Shown here piece after piece: positions 59,950 through 64,000 of a stretch of DNA of 64,000 nucleotides. The notes under the pieces were generated by a model, which saw only the letters and a program-made list of their open reading frames with translations, searched no databases and had not been told where the DNA came from. The stretch comes from Macrostomum lignano (lineage: Eukaryota), in assembly GCA_002269645.1 (NCBI GenBank), contig NIVC01001247.1, positions 282,928-346,927 of the forward strand, in the 5' to 3' direction. How positions within the stretch are numbered: the stretch's first letter is position 1; each line of letters begins with the position of its first letter. The position numbers and the translations under genes are program-made.

Positions 59950-62412
59950 GAGCATCAGCCGGAGGATGTCCTGTTTTTGCCTGCTCACGAGCTGCCATCT
60001 CAGCAGCAGTCGTCGCACCAGCCATACCGGCTATGGCGCAGTTCCAGCAATAGCGGCGACTGCGATATTGACGATGACAGCTTATTGATCATCGGGTCTC
60101 GGGTTGGATCGCGGGTGCCTCCATTGCTAGGCTGGATGCAGCTGTGTTTGGCTCTGGTTGGCTTCAGCTTCTGGTCTGCCAGCGTTGCCATTCGGGCTAA
60201 TAGTTTTAACCAACTGAATCGGATTAGTGAGGCTAATACGACTGTAGTTAACGTTAATTGGTCAGCGTTTGATGTGTCAGGCGCCTTTGGCTTCCCATTG
60301 TGGTGCGCAATTTTGGTAGGTTGAATAAGACCCGCTTATTCGGATTGTCTTGAGTTACTTGGAGTAAGCCGCTCACAAATTCAACTTCTCTTGGGATTCC
60401 ACATTCATTGGGGGCTTGAGCACCAAAATTGGTCCCGGAAGTGACTCTAGAAAACAACTCAATTTAGTCCACTTGAGTTAGCAGAAGCGAGTAAGCGCTA
60501 ACACAACCACTCTATGACGGCTATTTCTCGACTTACGATCCAGCAACTCGCAAGTCGCTAGAGTCGCCCCAAAGTCGCTAGAGTCACCTAATAACTTTTT
60601 AGCGATCTGTTTCTCTTTTACTTCTTCAGATGTTACTATTAAGTATTTTGGCTTTGAGCTATGCGCGAACCTCGAGAACCATTGCTGTGAGTTTTTTCTT
60701 ATATAAATTTTCTAACAAAGACAGCTAGGCATCTGTTGTTAGTGGAATTAAAACAAAGTACGCAATGTCCCCGAATTCGCCCCCCCATCAGCTGCGCATG
60801 TACCGCTGCCACTGCCTGCTGTGTCTGCTGCTGCACTCAGTCGCTCTGCCGCCGCTGGCGGTGTCATGGACTCAGCCGCAACCAAGGCAGCTGCTTACCG
60901 CTCTGCAAGCGCTCAGTGGCCTGACTGTGCTACTGTGCTGGGGCCTGCTATTGGCCTGCGTCCTCTGTGACCATTGCGTTGGTAAGAACGTTTTTCAAGT
61001 GGCCGGTTTGTTCCTGCGAGCCCTGCGCAACCGCGGCGGTGTTGGCTCAATCAGCGAACTGGACGAGTCGGCTAGCTATAACTCACTCACTGTAAGCATT
61101 TTTCGGATGTCCTATTCTGCTCAAATACCCCCCACTTACTGCTATCCCATTCTCAAATATCCCCCATCTACCGATATCCCATTCTCAAATATCCCCATTT
61201 ACCAATATCTCATTCTCATCAAATATCCCCCATTTACCGATATCCCATTCTCAAATACCCCCACTTACTGATATCCCATTCTCAAATATCCCCCATTTAC
61301 TGATATCCCATTCTCAAATATCCCCATTTACCGATATCCCATTCTCAAATATCCCCATTTACCGATATCTCATTCTCAAATATCCCCCATTTACCGATAT
61401 CCCATTCTCAAATACCCCCACTTACTGATATCCCATTCTCAAATATCCCCCATTTACTGATATCCCATTCTCAAATGTCCCCATTTACCGATATCTCATT
61501 CTCAAACATCCCCCATTTACTGATATCCCATTCTCAAATATCCCCATTTACCGATATCCCATTCTCAAATATCCCCATTTACCGATATCCCATTCTCAAA
61601 TACCCCCACTTACTGATATCCCATTCTCAAATATCCCCATTTACCGATATCACATTCTCAAATATCCCCCACTTACTGATATCCCTTTCTCAAATATCCC
61701 CATTTACCAATATCTCATTGTCATCAAATATCCCCACTTACTGATATCCCATTCTCAAATATCCCCATTTTCCGATATCCCATTCTCAAATATCCCCATT
61801 TACCGATATCACATTCTCAAATATCCTCATTTACCGATATCCCATTCTCAAATATCCTCATTTACCGATATCCCATTCTCAAATATCCTCATTTACCGAT
61901 ATCCCATTCTCAAATATCCTCATTTACCGATATCCCATTCTCAAATATCCTCATTTACCGATATCCCATTCTCAAATATCCTCATTTACCGATATCCCAT
62001 TCTCAAATATCCTCATTTACCGATATCCCATTCTCAAATATCCTCATTTACCGATATCCCGTTCTCAATTATCCCTATTTACCGGTATCTCATGTATCCC
62101 ATTCTCCTCAAATATTGCCATTTACAGATATCTCATTCTTAAATATCCCTATTTAGTGATATCCCGTTCTCATCGAATATCCCCATTAACGAGCCATTTG
62201 ATAATAACTTTGAATGTCAGCTCGGCCCGACTGGCAGATCCGTCAGCTCAAACGAGGCATCTCAGCAGCAGCAGCAGCAGCGATTTTCTCAGCTTCCTTC
62301 ATCTCCGGCTGACCAATCTGGCGATGACTCAGTCAGCAGAGAAGATTTCGAGGTGGGCGATCAGTTTAGAGAACAAAGGAAAAGTCTGCTCACCCGTCAG
62401 CTGCTGGTGTGA
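59950..62412 (+). CDS. 3' four exons of a small multi-pass membrane protein (MS4A/CD20-like topology, tentative)
   Basis: Phase-0 GT-AG exons 59950-60315, 60630-60686, 60792-61091, 62221-62412 join in frame; hydrophobic segments LGWMQLCLALVGFSFW, FGFPLWCAIL|MLLLSILAL, CLLCLLLHSVALPPL, LSGLTVLLCWGLLLACVL; start exon not located. Confidence 0.6.
61120..62160. repeat. ~31-bp intronic minisatellite
   Basis: GATATCCCATTCTCAAATATCCCCATTTACC units. Confidence 0.95.
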
Positions 62413-62724
62413 TTGATTGCTAGAAATGTCACTGGATTAGTTTGCAGTTTGCTTGGCAACTCTGTTGTTTTTACATTAATGTCTTATTATTAATGTCTTT
62501 CGTATCTTTATTGTTATTTGTTTATATCAAGTTATTGTGCAATTCACTCGCATTACGCCAGCTCGTTTGTTATCAGTTTTTATCTGTTAAGAATAGTTTT
62601 CTTAATGTGACATAAAATTTTCTTTGTCTAATAAATTAATTTTTATTGGCTTATTAGAGTCGCCTTTCTGCAGCTGCTGGCCTGGCTTCAATTTTCTGTC
62701 CGCCTTCTGATCTAATCTGAGATT

Positions 62725-63625
62725 TGATCCGCCCTCCTTTAATCCACCATCTGATCTGCTCCCTTTAATCCACCATCTGATCCGCCCCCTTTAATCCACC
62801 ATCTGATCCGCCCCCCTTTAATCCACCATCTGATCCGCCCCCTTTAATCCACCACCTGATCCGCCCCCCTTTAATCCACCATCTTATCCGCCCCCCCCCT
62901 TAATCCACCATCTGATCCGCCCCCTTTAATCCACCATCTGATCCGCCCCCCTTTAATCCACCATCTGATCCGCCCCCTTTAATCCACCACCTGATCCGCC
63001 CCCTTTAATCCACCACCTGATCCGCCCCCCTTTAATCCACCATCTTATCCGCCCCCCTTAATCCACCATCTGATCCGCCCCCTTTAATCCACCATCTGAT
63101 CCGCCCCCCTTTAATCCACCATCTGATCCGCCCCTTTAATCCACCAATCACCATCTAATCCGCCCCCCTTTAATCCACCATCTGATCTGCCCCCCTTTAA
63201 TCCACCATCTTATCCGCCCCCCTTTAATCCACCATCTGATCCGCCCCCCTTTAATCCACCATCTTATCCGCCCCCCTTTAATCCACCATGTGATCCGCCC
63301 CCTTTAATCCACCATCTGATCCGCCCCCTTTAATCCACCACCTGATCCGCCCCCTTTAATCCACCATCTTATCCGTCCCCCTTCAATCCACCATCTGATC
63401 CGCCCCCTTTAATCCATCATCTGATCCGCCCCCTTTAATTCACCATCTGATCCGCCCCCCTTTAATCCACCATCTGATCTGCCCCCCTTTAATCCACCAT
63501 CTGATCTGCCCCCCTTTAATCCATCATCTGATCCGCCCCTCCTTTAATCCACCATCTGATCCGCCCCTCCTTTAATCCACCATCTGATCCGCCCCTCCTT
63601 TAATCCACCATCTGATCCACCCGCC
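62725..63625. repeat. 26-27-bp minisatellite
   Basis: TCTGATCCGCCCCC(C)TTTAATCCACCA units. Confidence 0.95.
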
Positions 63626-64000
63626 CCATTAATCCCCCATCATATTTGCCTCCAAATCCACTATGCCCTAGAAACTTATGTCTAATATACAGATCAGATT
63701 ATATTAGACTTATTTATTTACACTTAATAGTTCATGTCCTTGTCTTCAACCTACCTTAATCTCGGTGTTAGTTTATTTATTTAATTTTTTCAGTCGCTGT
63801 CAGCCTGCTTTTAATCTCATCCTTGTAATAATAATAAATATAGTTTTGCAGTTTTTGACACTTTATAATTTTCATTAAATAAGAATTAGGCGAAAAATTT
63901 TCAACATATTGTTGTATTGCCTCTTTTTGTATGTACTTTTTATTGATAGCTGATTTTCGCCTGTCTTTATTAAGTACTTCCTTTGGTGTCACAGAAACCA

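Overview
Animal (intron-containing, standard code) genomic window; host species cannot be determined from the sequence. The first 40.5 kb is a transposon island: (i) a 9.9-kb CMC/EnSpm-type DNA transposon (1377-11289; CCCAGTGG termini, TC TSD) with a DDE transposase and a divergently transcribed spliced accessory gene, whose intron carries an internally deleted PIF/Harbinger element; (ii) an 8.8-kb Polinton/Maverick-like element (11695-20509; ~1.34-kb near-identical TIRs, 6-bp TSD GCTGTC) that encodes only a 7-exon protein-primed DNA polymerase B (~1270 aa, all motifs intact after splicing) and a PC4-like putative ssDNA-binding protein, with no integrase, capsid, ATPase or protease ORF; (iii) a second, divergent CMC element (24589-40526; same termini, TT TSD) with the same two-gene architecture, a nested hAT-type MITE and a 5.2-kb ~185-bp satellite array with A/B higher-order structure. 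Downstream are three tandem paralogues encoding unrecognised alpha-helical (TPR-like) modules (40760-52533; two carry single lesions), a degenerate Helitron-like repeat, and four exons of a small multi-pass membrane protein gene (59950-62412), plus many mini/microsatellites. The most interesting candidate system is the minimal two-gene, spliced, integrase-less Polinton-like replicon. All alignments and exon models were done by eye; no database searches were run.
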